Shown piece after piece: positions 9,863 to 20,635 of a stretch of DNA of 64,000 nucleotides (its first letter is position 1; each line of letters begins with the position of its first letter). Location: the NCBI GenBank assembly GCA_963733195.1, contig CAVTCR010000059.1:32001-96000 (forward strand), given 5' to 3'. Both the position numbers and the translations under genes were made by a program. The stretch comes from an uncultured delta proteobacterium. Its GTDB lineage: Bacteria > Desulfobacterota > Binatia > Bin18. The notes under the pieces were generated by a model, which saw nothing but the letters and a program-made list of their open reading frames with translations, did no database searches and had not been told where the DNA came from.

Positions 9863-12336
9863 TCACCCTTGCGCCCCGGCACCACGTAGAAGATTCACAA
9901 TCTCGGAGTAATTCCCCTCACTGGCGAGCATCAAAGCGGTTTTCCCGCTGCGATCTTTCACTTGTACGTCGGCTTTTTTCGCAAGTAGCGCTTGCACGAT
10001 GCTGACGTGTCCTTTTTCTGCCGCCCACAACAGCGCAGTTTTTCCCTCGTCGCTCTTCTGTCGGATGTCAGCCCCTTTGGCTAATAATGCCTGGACGATC
10101 TCGACTGAGGTCCGTTCAATCTCAGGATCAACATGATCCTGCGCGGCTACCCACAGCAGGGCACTTTTCCCTTCTTTGTCGGTAGTATTCATCGTTGCCC
10201 CTTTAGCGAGCAGCACCTGTACGCAATCGAGATGTGCCTCGATTGCTGCCCACATTAACGCTGTTTTGCCATTCTCGTCAGTAGCATTAATGTCCACCCC
10301 TTTCGTCAACAAGACTTGCAGGATACCAGTCTGACCTTTGATGGCAGCAACCATCACCGCGTTCCTTCCGCCTTTATTGATCAGTGTCGGGTCTGCTCCT
10401 TTAGCCAATAATGCCTGGACGATATCGGGAGAGCTACTGTTAACTGCCCACATGAGTGCCGTTCTGCCCTCGTTATCCTTCAGATTCGGGTCGGCATTTT
10501 TTGTTAAGAGAGCGTTAGCGATATTTAAATAACCAGCGGTAGCGGCGGCCATTAAGGCGGTCGTTCCTTCAGCATTTTGCAAATCGACGAGAGCGCCTTT
10601 AGTCAGGAGAAGCCGGACCACATCGATACGATCATTACGGGCTGCGAACAGCAGCGCCGTATTTCCCTCTTTATCCTGGACATCGAGAGGCGCATTTTTA
10701 GCGAGCAGAATGCGGACAATCGTATCGTATCCGTTGGTGGTTGCCCACATGAGGGGAGTCTTTCCTTCTGCATCACTGACCGTGAGATCTGCGCCATGAG
10801 TAAGTAACACTTGGACGGTGTCGGCGAGCGTCTGCACGAGGGCAAAGCGGTCGAACGAACGACTCGTCGCCCACAGTAAGGCGGTTTTTCCTTCGTGATC
10901 TTTGGCATCAACCTTGGCACCGTTACTCAACAAGAATTGGACAGTATCGGCTGCACCATTGTTAGCTGCCCACATCAACGCGGTTCGGCCCATGTCGTCC
11001 TTCGCGTTCACGTTGGTGCCTTTCTCCACTAAGGCCCGAACAAGATCGATGGAACCGGAACGCGCGGCGAGAATAAGGTCCGTGCCAGGAGCGTCAGCTC
11101 CTGAAGGTTGCTGTGAGGGCGATCCTCGTTCTTCACCCGTTGTATGCTGGGCGTTGGATTCAGGGTTTACTCCCCCGGTTTGAGTTGGCGATTGCACCAG
11201 AAGTGCGTGTTGTTGTCTGTACTGATACCAGATTCCTCCACTGAGCAAGAGGAGTAATAAGAGTCCTCCAATGATGCCACGCCCGAACGAGGAACCTTCC
11301 GACGAGAGAGTGTTGAGAAGGAGGATTTAGTGATTCGCTAATAGTTTCAGCCTGTGACTTTGGGTGAGTGAGGTGAGCCGAATCTTTATTCTGCATTCCT
11401 GCTGGAGCGATGATGGTCTGAGCAATGGAATCAACTTCTGAACGGAGGATAACGGTATGCTGCTCATCGCTACCCGAGAGCGCGGCTTCGAGGGCACGGC
11501 GAACCAGCGTGGGGCTTGTTGGACGATCTTGTGGCGCTTTGGCAAGCATCTGCTCGACTTGGAGCCGGATGCCAGCGGGAACGGCAGAGGGGAGAGGGTG
11601 GGGTGCATTATGGAGGTGTTGATACATCAATCCCATTGCCCCATCTGAGGTGACGAACGGTGATGTCCCTGTGAGCATCTCGTAAAACATGACTCCTAAG
11701 GCGTACAAATCCGCTCGACCATCGATCTCTTTTCCCATCCACTGCTCTGGGGCCATGTAACGAGGAGTGCCAGGAGAAACGCCAGTATGACTGAGGCCGC
11801 TGGTCTCTTCGCCTAAGACCTTGGCGATGCCAAAGTCTCCGACTTTCACCCAATCTTCATCCTGCTGTTCTTCAAGAAAAATATTGGCGGGTTTGATGTC
11901 ACGATGAACGATCGGTTCAGGGAGCCCATGCGCTTCGCCGAGGGCTTCGCAAATTTGACTGACGATACGGACAACACGTTCGACTGGAAGCGTTCCGGAG
12001 CTTTGTATGATCTCTTTCAGCGTCTCGCCCATGAATGATCTCCATGGTGTAGAACAGTTGCCCTTCATTATCGAGACCGGAATCGTATACGGTCACGGTG
12101 TGGGGATTCCGTAACCGCGCCGCCACACGGACCTCGCGGAGGAAGCGTCGAGAGAAGTCGGGATCACGAGAAAGCTCTGGCCGCAGCGTTTTCAGAGCAA
12201 CCTCGCGGAGCACATGGTTCTCGATATCGAGTTGCTCTGCGCGATAGACAACGCCCATCGCTCCTTGGCCAAGTGGGGCGACGACACGGTACTTTCCCCC
12301 AATAAGTTTAGGCTCGACAGCAGCTAGCGTTGTCAT
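9863..12336 (-). CDS. Ser/Thr protein kinase - transmembrane helix - ankyrin repeat fusion (frameshifts near 12035 and 11245)
   Basis: LGQGAMGVVY, VALK, HRDIKPAN, DFGIAK, GTPRYMAPE, then a hydrophobic segment and about 12 GxTALMWAA ankyrin repeats. Confidence 0.8.
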
Positions 12337-12454
12337 GAAGAATTCCCCTTCTTTAGGTGTGGCAAGCCTCGAGAGACGATCCACCTTTAATAAAAGGCCT
12401 ACCTGAAGAGTTTCGGCTGTCTGCTGTGAGAGCTTTAATGGCAAACGGGGTCTA

Positions 12455-14281
12455 TTATGCCCCGCTAGGTAACGAGAAAGAGAAGGTACTCCCTTTTCCA
12501 GATGCGCTTTCGACGCGCACCTGGCCTCCGTGCGCCTCGATAATTTGTTTTACGAGTGCGAGTCCAAGTCCCGTGCCACTGATCTTCCTGGTTTCGGTGT
12601 TATCTACCCGGAAGAACTTGTCAAAGAGCTGAGGGATCGCTTCGGCTGGAATGCCTATTCCGTCGTCAGTAACACGGACCACAACGGATTCCCTGGTGTT
12701 TCGTGCACTGACGATGATCGTCCCGCCGTCGGGAGAAAATTTGATTGCGTTGGAGAGCAGATTAGTAAGCACTTGGCGGATACGTCCGCTGTCAACACGG
12801 ACTGGAGGTAGTGAATCTGGGACGTCAAGGTGAAGCGTGTGCTTCTCAGTTCCATTGACAAAAGGGGCGATGGCCTCTTGCAAAAGCGGGAGCAGTGCTA
12901 CATGGGCAAAGAAATACGTCTCCCGCCCCGATTCGATGCGTTGTAGATCGAGGAAATCGTTAATCAAATCCGTGAGGCGGGTCGCCTCGTCATTCATGAT
13001 AGTGAGAAAACGATGTTGCTGATCTACAGGGAAATCGCGAGTGAGCATGAGTTCAGTAAAGCCCCGGAGGCTCGTAAGCGGAGTGCGTAGCTCGTGACTC
13101 ACGGTAGAGACAAGTTCATCCTTTAGTCGCTCAATTTCTTTGCGTTCGGTTACATCTCGTGAACTAAGAGTGATGCCAGCCACCGCATTGTCATCAAATA
13201 GGTTGCGTATGACACTTTCAACACTCCGCCATCCTCCTCCTTTCTGATGCCATTGTGATTCGAATGTCCGCTCCCCTCCTGATTCTTGAACACATGAGAG
13301 GATGTTCGCAGTGACTCGCTCTTGATCAGTGGGGTGAAGCAGTATCGTGAAGGGTTGTCCAATGAGTTCTTCTGAGGAGTATCCTAACCAGGGTTCAATC
13401 AATGGACTAATGTAACGAATGGTGCCGTCAGCATTGAGGATGGTCACAACGTCAGCTGCATGTTCAATGAGAGACCGGAAACGTTCCTCATTTTTGCGCA
13501 AAGCAGCGTGTGAAGCAGCAAGTTGGAGCCGTGCTTGCTCAGCCTGCTCTTTCGCTGCAGACAAGCTCTGAACGAGATCGAGGTTGGCAAAACGAAGCCG
13601 CAAGGATTCCACAAGAGAGGCATGCATGTAGTTCGCAACAAGCACGAGACAGCCGCTAAAACTGAAACACAACAAACTAATCGTCATGGGAATCGTCTCA
13701 CCGCTGAGCGCTAAGCGGAGAGCTGTGGGAGCCATGAGGAAAAAAAAGAAGAGGAAAAAAAGAGACCGAATCGCTGCCAGATTCGCAGTGGAAACAATGG
13801 ATACCCCGCCCAAGAAAGTGACGAGGAATACCTGATGGGGTAAAGAGTGGGTTGGAAATAAGAAGAATCCTGCTAGCCCCCACCCACAGCCAGTGACAGC
13901 TACACTGACGAACACAAGGGTACGCCAATACCTGAGTTCTTCAGGCCCCCTTGCCCTGCGACGATAGTGGCAAACTAGTGCCCAGCGAGTCAGTGCCACT
14001 GTTGCCATGAAACAGGCCCACGTCAGGAGGCGGACGTGGGAGACCACGGACCACAACAGCAGCACGAGGAGCACAGCGCCGAGAACAAGCGTGATAAGTG
14101 CTGCAGCTGTGGATCGCGTATACAGTAAATGGACCTGCTCTGCCTCTAATCGGTTGGCTTGGACAGCCGAATCTGTAGATGGGACAGTGAGGGGTGCGGC
14201 GTTCACCGTCGGTGTTGGAGACCGTTGGGCGAATTCCTGTTGGCTTGTGAGACGCTTGTTAACCGACCGGGGTATCGCCAT
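12455..14281 (-). CDS. Membrane PAS-domain sensor histidine kinase
   Basis: 5-6 TM helices, PAS (ERFRSLIEHAAD), H-box SHELRTPL, NLLSNAIKF, DDGIGI, GTGLGL. Confidence 0.92.
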   Translation of the reverse strand: MAIPRSVNKRLTSQQEFAQRSPTPTVNAAPLTVPSTDSAVQANRLEAEQVHLLYTRSTAAALITLVLGAVLLVLLLWSVVSHVRLLTWACFMATVALTRWALVCHYRRRARGPEELRYWRTLVFVSVAVTGCGWGLAGFFLFPTHSLPHQVFLVTFLGGVSIVSTANLAAIRSLFFLFFFFLMAPTALRLALSGETIPMTISLLCFSFSGCLVLVANYMHASLVESLRLRFANLDLVQSLSAAKEQAEQARLQLAASHAALRKNEERFRSLIEHAADVVTILNADGTIRYISPLIEPWLGYSSEELIGQPFTILLHPTDQERVTANILSCVQESGGERTFESQWHQKGGGWRSVESVIRNLFDDNAVAGITLSSRDVTERKEIERLKDELVSTVSHELRTPLTSLRGFTELMLTRDFPVDQQHRFLTIMNDEATRLTDLINDFLDLQRIESGRETYFFAHVALLPLLQEAIAPFVNGTEKHTLHLDVPDSLPPVRVDSGRIRQVLTNLLSNAIKFSPDGGTIIVSARNTRESVVVRVTDDGIGIPAEAIPQLFDKFFRVDNTETRKISGTGLGLALVKQIIEAHGGQVRVESASGKGSTFSFSLPSGA

Positions 14282-14381
14282 GTGACGAAACTCCGTTCTT
14301 CCTTAGAGCGCTCTCATAACCCATGATGCGCTCAGAAAAAGGAACAAGACTCAGTGAACCAAGAAGGCGGAAATCGAATCC

Positions 14382-15689
14382 TTATGCGGACGCTTCACCA
14401 ATTAATGTATGTGCAGTGGTCGATGCTACTCGCACCGAAATCAGGTCGCCAGGCTGCGCGCCGCTGCCCGGAAACACGGCTGTTCTAAATTGTCGGGTTT
14501 TGCCTGACAACCATCCTTCCGGGCGTTTTGCTGGACCTTCGACAAGGACCTCAACCGTCTGACCAATGAGCTGACGATTGACCTCTCCGGAAATCCGCTC
14601 CTGCAGCGTAATGATGGCTTGCAGCCGCCGCACTTTTTCTTCCTCTAGCAACGTTTCGCCCCACTTGTAGGCTTTGGTTCCCTCACGTGCTGAGTATTTG
14701 AACATGAAAGCTGAGTCGTAACGAATCGCTGCCATGAAGTCATGCGTGGCTTGAAAATCAACCTCTTCTTCACCGGGAAACCCGACGATAATATCAGTCG
14801 AGAGGGCAAGCCCAGGAATGGCTGAACGCAAGCGTTCGACAAGCGCTACATAGTGCTCGATGGTATATCCACGTTCCATGCGTTCTAACACCCTGTTAGA
14901 AGCAGATTGGAGGGGGAGATGTAGATAAGGGGCGACTTTTGCGCAAGTTGCCATTGCTTCGATGACTCGTTCGCTCATGTCCGAGGGGTGTGGTGAGGTA
15001 AAGCGAATACGCTCAATCCCCTCGATTGCTGCCGTGTAGCGCAGCAGGTCGGCGAAATCATGCTCGCCGTCACGATAGGCGTTGACGGTCTGCCCAAGAT
15101 ACACCACTTCCTTATAGCCCTGGTCAGTGAGCACGCGGACTTGGTCGAGCAGAGCAGCAAGTGGGACACTGCGCTCGCGGCCACGAACGTAGGGTACGAT
15201 ACAAAACGTACAAAACTTGTCACAACCTCGCATGACCGTCACCCAGGCTCGAATACCTTCACCACGGACTGGGGTGATGTCAGCATAGGTCTCATCTCGA
15301 TCGAGGCGAACGGATACCAATGGTTCGTCCTTGTCTTCTTGGGCTAGTAATGCTGGAAGGGTGCGATAGGCATCGGGACCAAGGACAAGATCAAGGTACG
15401 GTGCTTTGTCGAGCAAGAGATCACGGTGGTGTTGGGCCATACAGCCGGTGAGTCCCAGGCGAACGCCTGGATGACGGGCTTTATGGTACATGAGTTCCCG
15501 AAGTCGTTTCAGTACCCGTTCTTCGGCTCGCTCTCGAATCGCGCAGGTATTAAGTAGAATAACATCAGCATGATCCACCGTTTTGGTGGGCTCGTAGCCA
15601 TGGGGTTTGAGCAGTCCGATAAGCAGCTCGGTATCAGCCAGATTCATCTGGCACCCATAGGTTTCGATGTAAACTTTGCGCGTATTCAT
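14382..15689 (-). CDS. miaB: tRNA-2-methylthio-N6-dimethylallyladenosine synthase
   Basis: TYGCQMN, NTCAIRE, GCMAQ, radical SAM motif CDKFCTFC, C-terminal TRAM domain. Confidence 0.95.
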   Translation of the reverse strand: MNTRKVYIETYGCQMNLADTELLIGLLKPHGYEPTKTVDHADVILLNTCAIRERAEERVLKRLRELMYHKARHPGVRLGLTGCMAQHHRDLLLDKAPYLDLVLGPDAYRTLPALLAQEDKDEPLVSVRLDRDETYADITPVRGEGIRAWVTVMRGCDKFCTFCIVPYVRGRERSVPLAALLDQVRVLTDQGYKEVVYLGQTVNAYRDGEHDFADLLRYTAAIEGIERIRFTSPHPSDMSERVIEAMATCAKVAPYLHLPLQSASNRVLERMERGYTIEHYVALVERLRSAIPGLALSTDIIVGFPGEEEVDFQATHDFMAAIRYDSAFMFKYSAREGTKAYKWGETLLEEEKVRRLQAIITLQERISGEVNRQLIGQTVEVLVEGPAKRPEGWLSGKTRQFRTAVFPGSGAQPGDLISVRVASTTAHTLIGEASA

Positions 15690-15890
15690 GGCGATTTCAC
15701 GAGATTTGGTTGTAACTGCTCCTGGAATCCGACGCAATGGCTGCGTTGACATTCTGGCTAAGAGCTTTTAGCTATTAGCTTTTGAAGAAAAGAAAAAGGC
15801 GAAACGGGGAAAAGGCGAAAGAGACGAAAACAGATTGTTTTTCTCTTCCATTTCCCCCTAAGCGAAGCGTTTGAGAAAGGAGTCGAACCA

Positions 15891-16091
15891 GTGGCCACCA
15901 AGCCCAGTTTCGAACAGCTTGAAGCGTCATTACTTTTCTGCCCCCAGTGTCGGCAGGCGATGCCGGTACGCAAGAAGCTCCTCCTGATTCTGATGGAGGG
16001 AAATAAGTTTGAGTATGTGTGCACTAAATGTGGTTCAACCTGTGGCGATAAGATCGAAGCTGACGAGAAAAAGCCACGCCTGCTGATGTGA
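15891..16091 (+). CDS. Small zinc-ribbon protein
   Basis: AGGAG RBS; CPQC...CTKC. Confidence 0.75.
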   Translation: MATKPSFEQLEASLLFCPQCRQAMPVRKKLLLILMEGNKFEYVCTKCGSTCGDKIEADEKKPRLLM

Positions 16092-16099
16092 CGGTTTTT

Positions 16100-17041
16100 A
16101 TGAGTTCTGCTGAACGTATCATTTCGCTCCTCCCGGGTAGTACCGAAATACTCTGTGCCCTCGGCTTGCGGCATCGTTTAGTTGGGGTTTCTCACGAGTG
16201 TGACTATCCTGCCGATGTTGTTGGCTTACCGGTGCTGACTGAGCCCAAGCTTAATCCTCATGCGATGAGTGGAATCATCGAAGCTCGTGTTCGTGAGCTT
16301 GTTCAGGAGGGCTTGAGCATCTACCGAATCAACACCGATACGCTCCAATCCTTGCAACCTGATCTGATCATCACCCAAGACCAATGTGAGGTGTGTGCAG
16401 TTCCACTCCACGAGGTTGAAGAAGCCGTGAGGTGTGTACTCTCGCCGGAGGTGAAAGTGGTTTCTCTCAAACCACAACGCTTACGTGACATTTGGGAGGA
16501 CATTCGCCAAGTTGCGAGCGCCACGGGTCAGGAGGACATTGCTGAAGAGCTACTGAAAAGCCTCAAACGGCGATTGTGGAAACTTGAGCAAAAAACGCGT
16601 CATCTGCCTCGCCCACGAATTGCGTGCATCGAATGGCTTGATCCTTTGATTGCTGCGGGGAACTGGATACCAGAACTCGTTAACATTGCGGGTGGTGAGT
16701 ACACATTGGCAGAAGTAGGCGAGCACAGTACTAAGCTCACCTGGGAGAGTCTGGCAGAATATCAACCCGATGTGATTGTTCTGATGCCCTGTGGTTTCAA
16801 GATTTCACAAACCCAATCAGAACTCCCCGTTTTTACGGCTCACCCACAGTGGCAGGCCCTTCCTGCTGTACAGAATAACCACGTGTTTCTCGTTGATGGT
16901 AACGCCTACCTCAACCGCTCTGGTCCGCGTATCGTCGATAGCGTAGAAATTCTGGCGGAAATTCTGCATCCACAAGACTGTGCGGGATTAGCACCGGCGG
17001 GTGCGTACATTCAGGCAGGGCGAAAACGGGGAAATAGGTAA
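16100..17041 (+). CDS. BtuF-like cobalamin/iron-complex binding protein, no evident signal peptide
   Basis: RIISLLPGSTEIL..LG, VGVSHECDYP, TQDQCEVCAV, NRSGPRIVD. Confidence 0.85.
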   Translation: MSSAERIISLLPGSTEILCALGLRHRLVGVSHECDYPADVVGLPVLTEPKLNPHAMSGIIEARVRELVQEGLSIYRINTDTLQSLQPDLIITQDQCEVCAVPLHEVEEAVRCVLSPEVKVVSLKPQRLRDIWEDIRQVASATGQEDIAEELLKSLKRRLWKLEQKTRHLPRPRIACIEWLDPLIAAGNWIPELVNIAGGEYTLAEVGEHSTKLTWESLAEYQPDVIVLMPCGFKISQTQSELPVFTAHPQWQALPAVQNNHVFLVDGNAYLNRSGPRIVDSVEILAEILHPQDCAGLAPAGAYIQAGRKRGNR

Positions 17042-17109
17042 ACGGGAGGATGGGAAAAAAGAGAAAGACAATACCGATCTTCATTTCGCCTTTTCGCCTT
17101 TTAATCTGA

Positions 17110-17449
17110 TCATTCCCCCGGTACCACAACCTTCACCGTGCCCGCACGAAAGTCTTTCCCGCGCTCTTTTACCATCTGCGGATACGCGTGATAAAACTTG
17201 CCGCCGAGCCGGAGAAACGATTCTATATCAGTGTCTTCTACGGTAAGTGCTTCAATCGCCCTGGTTGCTTCTTCTTGTGTTTTGGCCGACAGCAATACAT
17301 CGTAAATACGCTGGCAGTCGGAGATCTGAAAATCCTCGCGGCTAGGAAGCGTGTCGCGGTTCTGCATGCTTTGCGGGAAGAAATCCAGCAAATAGCGTAG
17401 CGCTTTGAGTTCATGCCGTTGTTGGTCGAGCTTTCTTAATTGTTTCCAC
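17110..17449 (-). CDS. Hypothetical protein
   Basis: Open frame 17110-17440. GGAGGA RBS and GTG at 17449 are one base out of frame (likely indel). Confidence 0.55.
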
Positions 17450-17505
17450 GACGATCCTCCGCAGGGTTGCGATTACCCCCATGTCAACGATATACATAGA
17501 AACCT

Positions 17506-18024
17506 ATGGCGGTTACCGAACACAAAGACAAGGCCCATCGCGCCGTTCGCTGTGCGGTGATTACGGCAAGTGATACGCGCACGGTCGATACTGATACCAG
17601 CGGTAAGAAAATAAAAGACCTGCTGGCGGCTCAACAACATACCGTGGCATCCTATCAGATTCTGAAGGACGAACCGACGCAGATCTCTGCTGCTGTGCGG
17701 ACGTTACTTGATCAATCAGACGTTGATGCCATTATCATTAATGGCGGTACAGGGATCGCGCCGCGAGATACGACCTTCGAAGCAATTCAAGGCGTATTGG
17801 AAAAAGAAATTAGCGGGTTTGGAGAACTCTTCCGTATGCTGAGTTATCAGGACATTGGCTCCGCGGCGATGATGACACGCGCGACCGCTGGGGTTGCGAA
17901 AGGGAAGGTCATCATTTCCCTTCCAGGGTCAACCGGGGCGGTGGAACTCGGCATGACCAAACTTGTGTTACCTGAACTCGGACATATGCTGTTTGTCCTG
18001 CGAGGCGAACGCCATGCGCATTAA
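17506..18024 (+). CDS. moaB: Molybdopterin adenylyltransferase MoaB/Mog
   Basis: TASDTR, DTSG, NGGTGIAPRDTT, GFGELFR, LPGS. Confidence 0.92.
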   Translation: MAVTEHKDKAHRAVRCAVITASDTRTVDTDTSGKKIKDLLAAQQHTVASYQILKDEPTQISAAVRTLLDQSDVDAIIINGGTGIAPRDTTFEAIQGVLEKEISGFGELFRMLSYQDIGSAAMMTRATAGVAKGKVIISLPGSTGAVELGMTKLVLPELGHMLFVLRGERHAH

Positions 18025-18259
18025 CTTGCGTTTTTTTGCCTCACTACGTGAACGACTGAAGAAAAGTGAGGAAGTCCGAGACGTACCTGCTGGCGCAACG
18101 GTTGGTACGGTATGGGAACTGCTGAAACAAGAACATCCAGAACTCGCGGCGGTAGAGAAGTCGATGGCCTTTGCTGTCGCTCAAGAATACGTTGACAAGG
18201 CTCACCCCCTCCAAGATAATGACGAGCTTGCGTTTATTCCTCCGGTTAGTGGGGGCTGA
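18014..18259 (+). CDS. moaD: Molybdopterin synthase sulfur carrier
   Basis: RFFASLRE...DELAFIPPVSGG. Confidence 0.95.
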   Translation: MRINLRFFASLRERLKKSEEVRDVPAGATVGTVWELLKQEHPELAAVEKSMAFAVAQEYVDKAHPLQDNDELAFIPPVSGG

Positions 18260-18339
18260 AGAATTGTAGATTTGCGATTGCAGATTGACGATTGAAGAAC
18301 TTTTGTCTTGTAAAGTCAGCAATCTACACTGGTATGGTT

Positions 18340-18819
18340 ATGGCAGCGGAGCAAAATTCCATTCTCTGTAAAATTACTCAAAGCCAAATCGACATGCAGG
18401 AACTCAGTGACTTTGTTGCTGACCCTACAGCCGGGGCGGTGGCGACGTTTGTTGGCATGACGCGCAATACCAATGAAGGTCGCCAGGTAACGCGTCTCGA
18501 ATACGAATGTTATCCCGGCATGGCTGAGAAAGAGATGGAGAAAATTGCTGCCGAGGTGTTGCAGCGCTGGCCCGTGAAGAAGATTGCCATGATTCATCGC
18601 CTCGGACGCGTGGACATTGGTGAGGCGAGTGTCGCTATTGCCGTTTCCTCGGGGCATCGCCACGCAGCGTTTGAGGCGTGCCATTACGCGATCAATCAGT
18701 TAAAGGAAACCGTGCCGATCTGGAAAAAAGAGCTGTATGAAGGGGGCGAGCTGTGGATTGGCTCGCAAACCGGCACTGTTGGCTCATTGCAAAAAGTGCA
18801 GGAGGAGAAGAGGGCGTGA
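18340..18819 (+). CDS. moaE: Molybdopterin synthase catalytic subunit
   Basis: GAVATFVG, LEYECY, HRLG, HRHAAFEAC, VPIWKKE. Confidence 0.95.
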   Translation: MAAEQNSILCKITQSQIDMQELSDFVADPTAGAVATFVGMTRNTNEGRQVTRLEYECYPGMAEKEMEKIAAEVLQRWPVKKIAMIHRLGRVDIGEASVAIAVSSGHRHAAFEACHYAINQLKETVPIWKKELYEGGELWIGSQTGTVGSLQKVQEEKRA

Positions 18820-19685
18820 GAAACATTCGCAAAGCTGTGCATGCTGGCTACTGTTGGGGAGTCGAGCGTGCCATCGATATGGTGCATCAGACCACGGAAA
18901 CCCATCACGGCGTTCCGGTACGAACGCTGGGGCCGATCATTCACAACCCCCAAGTGGTTCAGTCCCTAGCAGACAAAGGTGCAAGTACAATCGATTCACT
19001 TGATGAGATGCCAACCGGTGGCACGGTGGTCATCCGTACGCACGGCGTGCCGCCGGAAACCTATCAGCAGGCAAAACAGAAAAATCTCACTGTAGTCGAT
19101 GCGACATGTCCCTTGGTGACATTGGTGCAAAATCGTGCCAAACAGCTCGTGAATGAAGGATATCACCTGGTGATCTTCGGCAACTCCAAGCATCCCGAAG
19201 TGATCGGTACTGTGGGACACGCGGGGGGACATGCGACGATTATTGAAAAGCCGGAAGATGCGCGAACGGTAAAGTTGGCGAACAAAAAAGTTGGTTTGGT
19301 TGTTCAAACCACCCAGGAAACTGAACGCCTCAGTGAAGTCCTCTCGTATCTCGCACCACGTTGTAAAGAACTTAAAGTGTTCAACACCATTTGCAACCCA
19401 ACGATTGAGAGACAAGATGCCGCTCGCGACCTTGCGCGTGAAGTGCAACTCATGATTGTTGTGGGTGGAAAAAACAGCTCCAACACGCGTCATCTGGCGA
19501 CCGTCTGCCAGCAAGAAGGCGCAACAACGTATCACATTGAAGAACCCACCGAAGTTGAGCCAGGTTGGTTTGCCGGTGTAAACGAAATCGGCGTGACGGC
19601 AGGAGCGTCAACTCCAGGGTATCTGATGGATCAAGTGATCGCCCGTATCACTGAACTCGAACAGCAGCAGTCATTACCGGCATAG
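18816..19685 (+). CDS. ispH: 4-hydroxy-3-methylbut-2-enyl diphosphate reductase
   Basis: GYCWGVERA, IIHNP, DATCPLV, NTICNPT, SSNT, TAGASTP. GTG start overlaps the moaE stop. Confidence 0.95.
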   Translation: MRNIRKAVHAGYCWGVERAIDMVHQTTETHHGVPVRTLGPIIHNPQVVQSLADKGASTIDSLDEMPTGGTVVIRTHGVPPETYQQAKQKNLTVVDATCPLVTLVQNRAKQLVNEGYHLVIFGNSKHPEVIGTVGHAGGHATIIEKPEDARTVKLANKKVGLVVQTTQETERLSEVLSYLAPRCKELKVFNTICNPTIERQDAARDLAREVQLMIVVGGKNSSNTRHLATVCQQEGATTYHIEEPTEVEPGWFAGVNEIGVTAGASTPGYLMDQVIARITELEQQQSLPA

Positions 19686-19687
19686 CT

Positions 19688-20548
19688 ATGAAAGACGTTC
19701 GTACTCTCGGTATTGTCGGTTCCGGCCAAATGGGTGGCGGCATTGGACAAGTCGCCGCGCAGGCCGGAATCTCAGTGATTTTGTATGATGTGACTCAACC
19801 GATTGTGAACCGTGCCCTGGACAATATCCATAAAGGCATGGTGCGTCTGACCGAGCGCGGAAAACTATCGGAAGACGAACAACGTGCTGTTCTAAGTCGC
19901 TTGCGTGGAACAGCGAATCTGCATGACCTCCGCGATGCTGATCTCATCCTCGAGGCTGCGCCAGAAGACTACGAGATCAAGAAGAATATTTTCCAACAGC
20001 TTGATCAGATTGCTCGTCCGGATGTCATTCTCGCTAGCAACACCTCGTCGATTTCGCTCACCCAACTTGGCGCAGTGACCAAACGACCCGCCAAAGTTAT
20101 TGGTATGCACTTCATGAATCCACCGGTGGTGATGCAACTAGTGGAGATCGTACGTGGGCTAGCGACTACGGAGGAAACGTTGCAAGTGGTCGACGCGCTC
20201 GCCAAGAAGATGGGTAAGACCACGATCCTGGCCAAGGATTATGCTGGCTTCATCGTCAATCGTATTCTGCTGCCGATGATCAATGAAGCGATTTATGCAC
20301 TTTATGAAGGTGTGGGCGGAGTGACTGACATTGATCAGGGAATGAAACTTGGGACAAACCAACCGATGGGTCCTCTTGCTCTAGCCGATCTCATCGGCCT
20401 TGATACCTGCCTTGCCGTGTTAGAGCGATTGCACCAGGGACTTGGTGACGACAAATACCGTCCATGTCCATTATTGCGCAACTATGTCGCGGCTGGGTAT
20501 CTCGGTCGCAAGGCAGGCAAAGGGTTTTACGATTACGGTAAAGCCTGA
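19688..20548 (+). CDS. hbd: 3-hydroxybutyryl-CoA dehydrogenase
   Basis: GSGQMGGGI, ASNTSS, GMHFMNP, GFIVNRIL, PMGPL.LAD.IGLD. Confidence 0.92.
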   Translation: MKDVRTLGIVGSGQMGGGIGQVAAQAGISVILYDVTQPIVNRALDNIHKGMVRLTERGKLSEDEQRAVLSRLRGTANLHDLRDADLILEAAPEDYEIKKNIFQQLDQIARPDVILASNTSSISLTQLGAVTKRPAKVIGMHFMNPPVVMQLVEIVRGLATTEETLQVVDALAKKMGKTTILAKDYAGFIVNRILLPMINEAIYALYEGVGGVTDIDQGMKLGTNQPMGPLALADLIGLDTCLAVLERLHQGLGDDKYRPCPLLRNYVAAGYLGRKAGKGFYDYGKA

Positions 20549-20635
20549 GGAATAATGCGTAAAACGTAATGCGTAAAGAGAAAAGGACTTGGAGTTTTTG
20601 ACTTCCTGTTTTCATTACGTTTCACGTTTTAGGTC

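Noticed and set aside
9863-11080. Roughly 99-bp periodicity as a CRISPR array
   Set aside because: Explained by ankyrin codons; no identical repeats with unique spacers and no cas genes.
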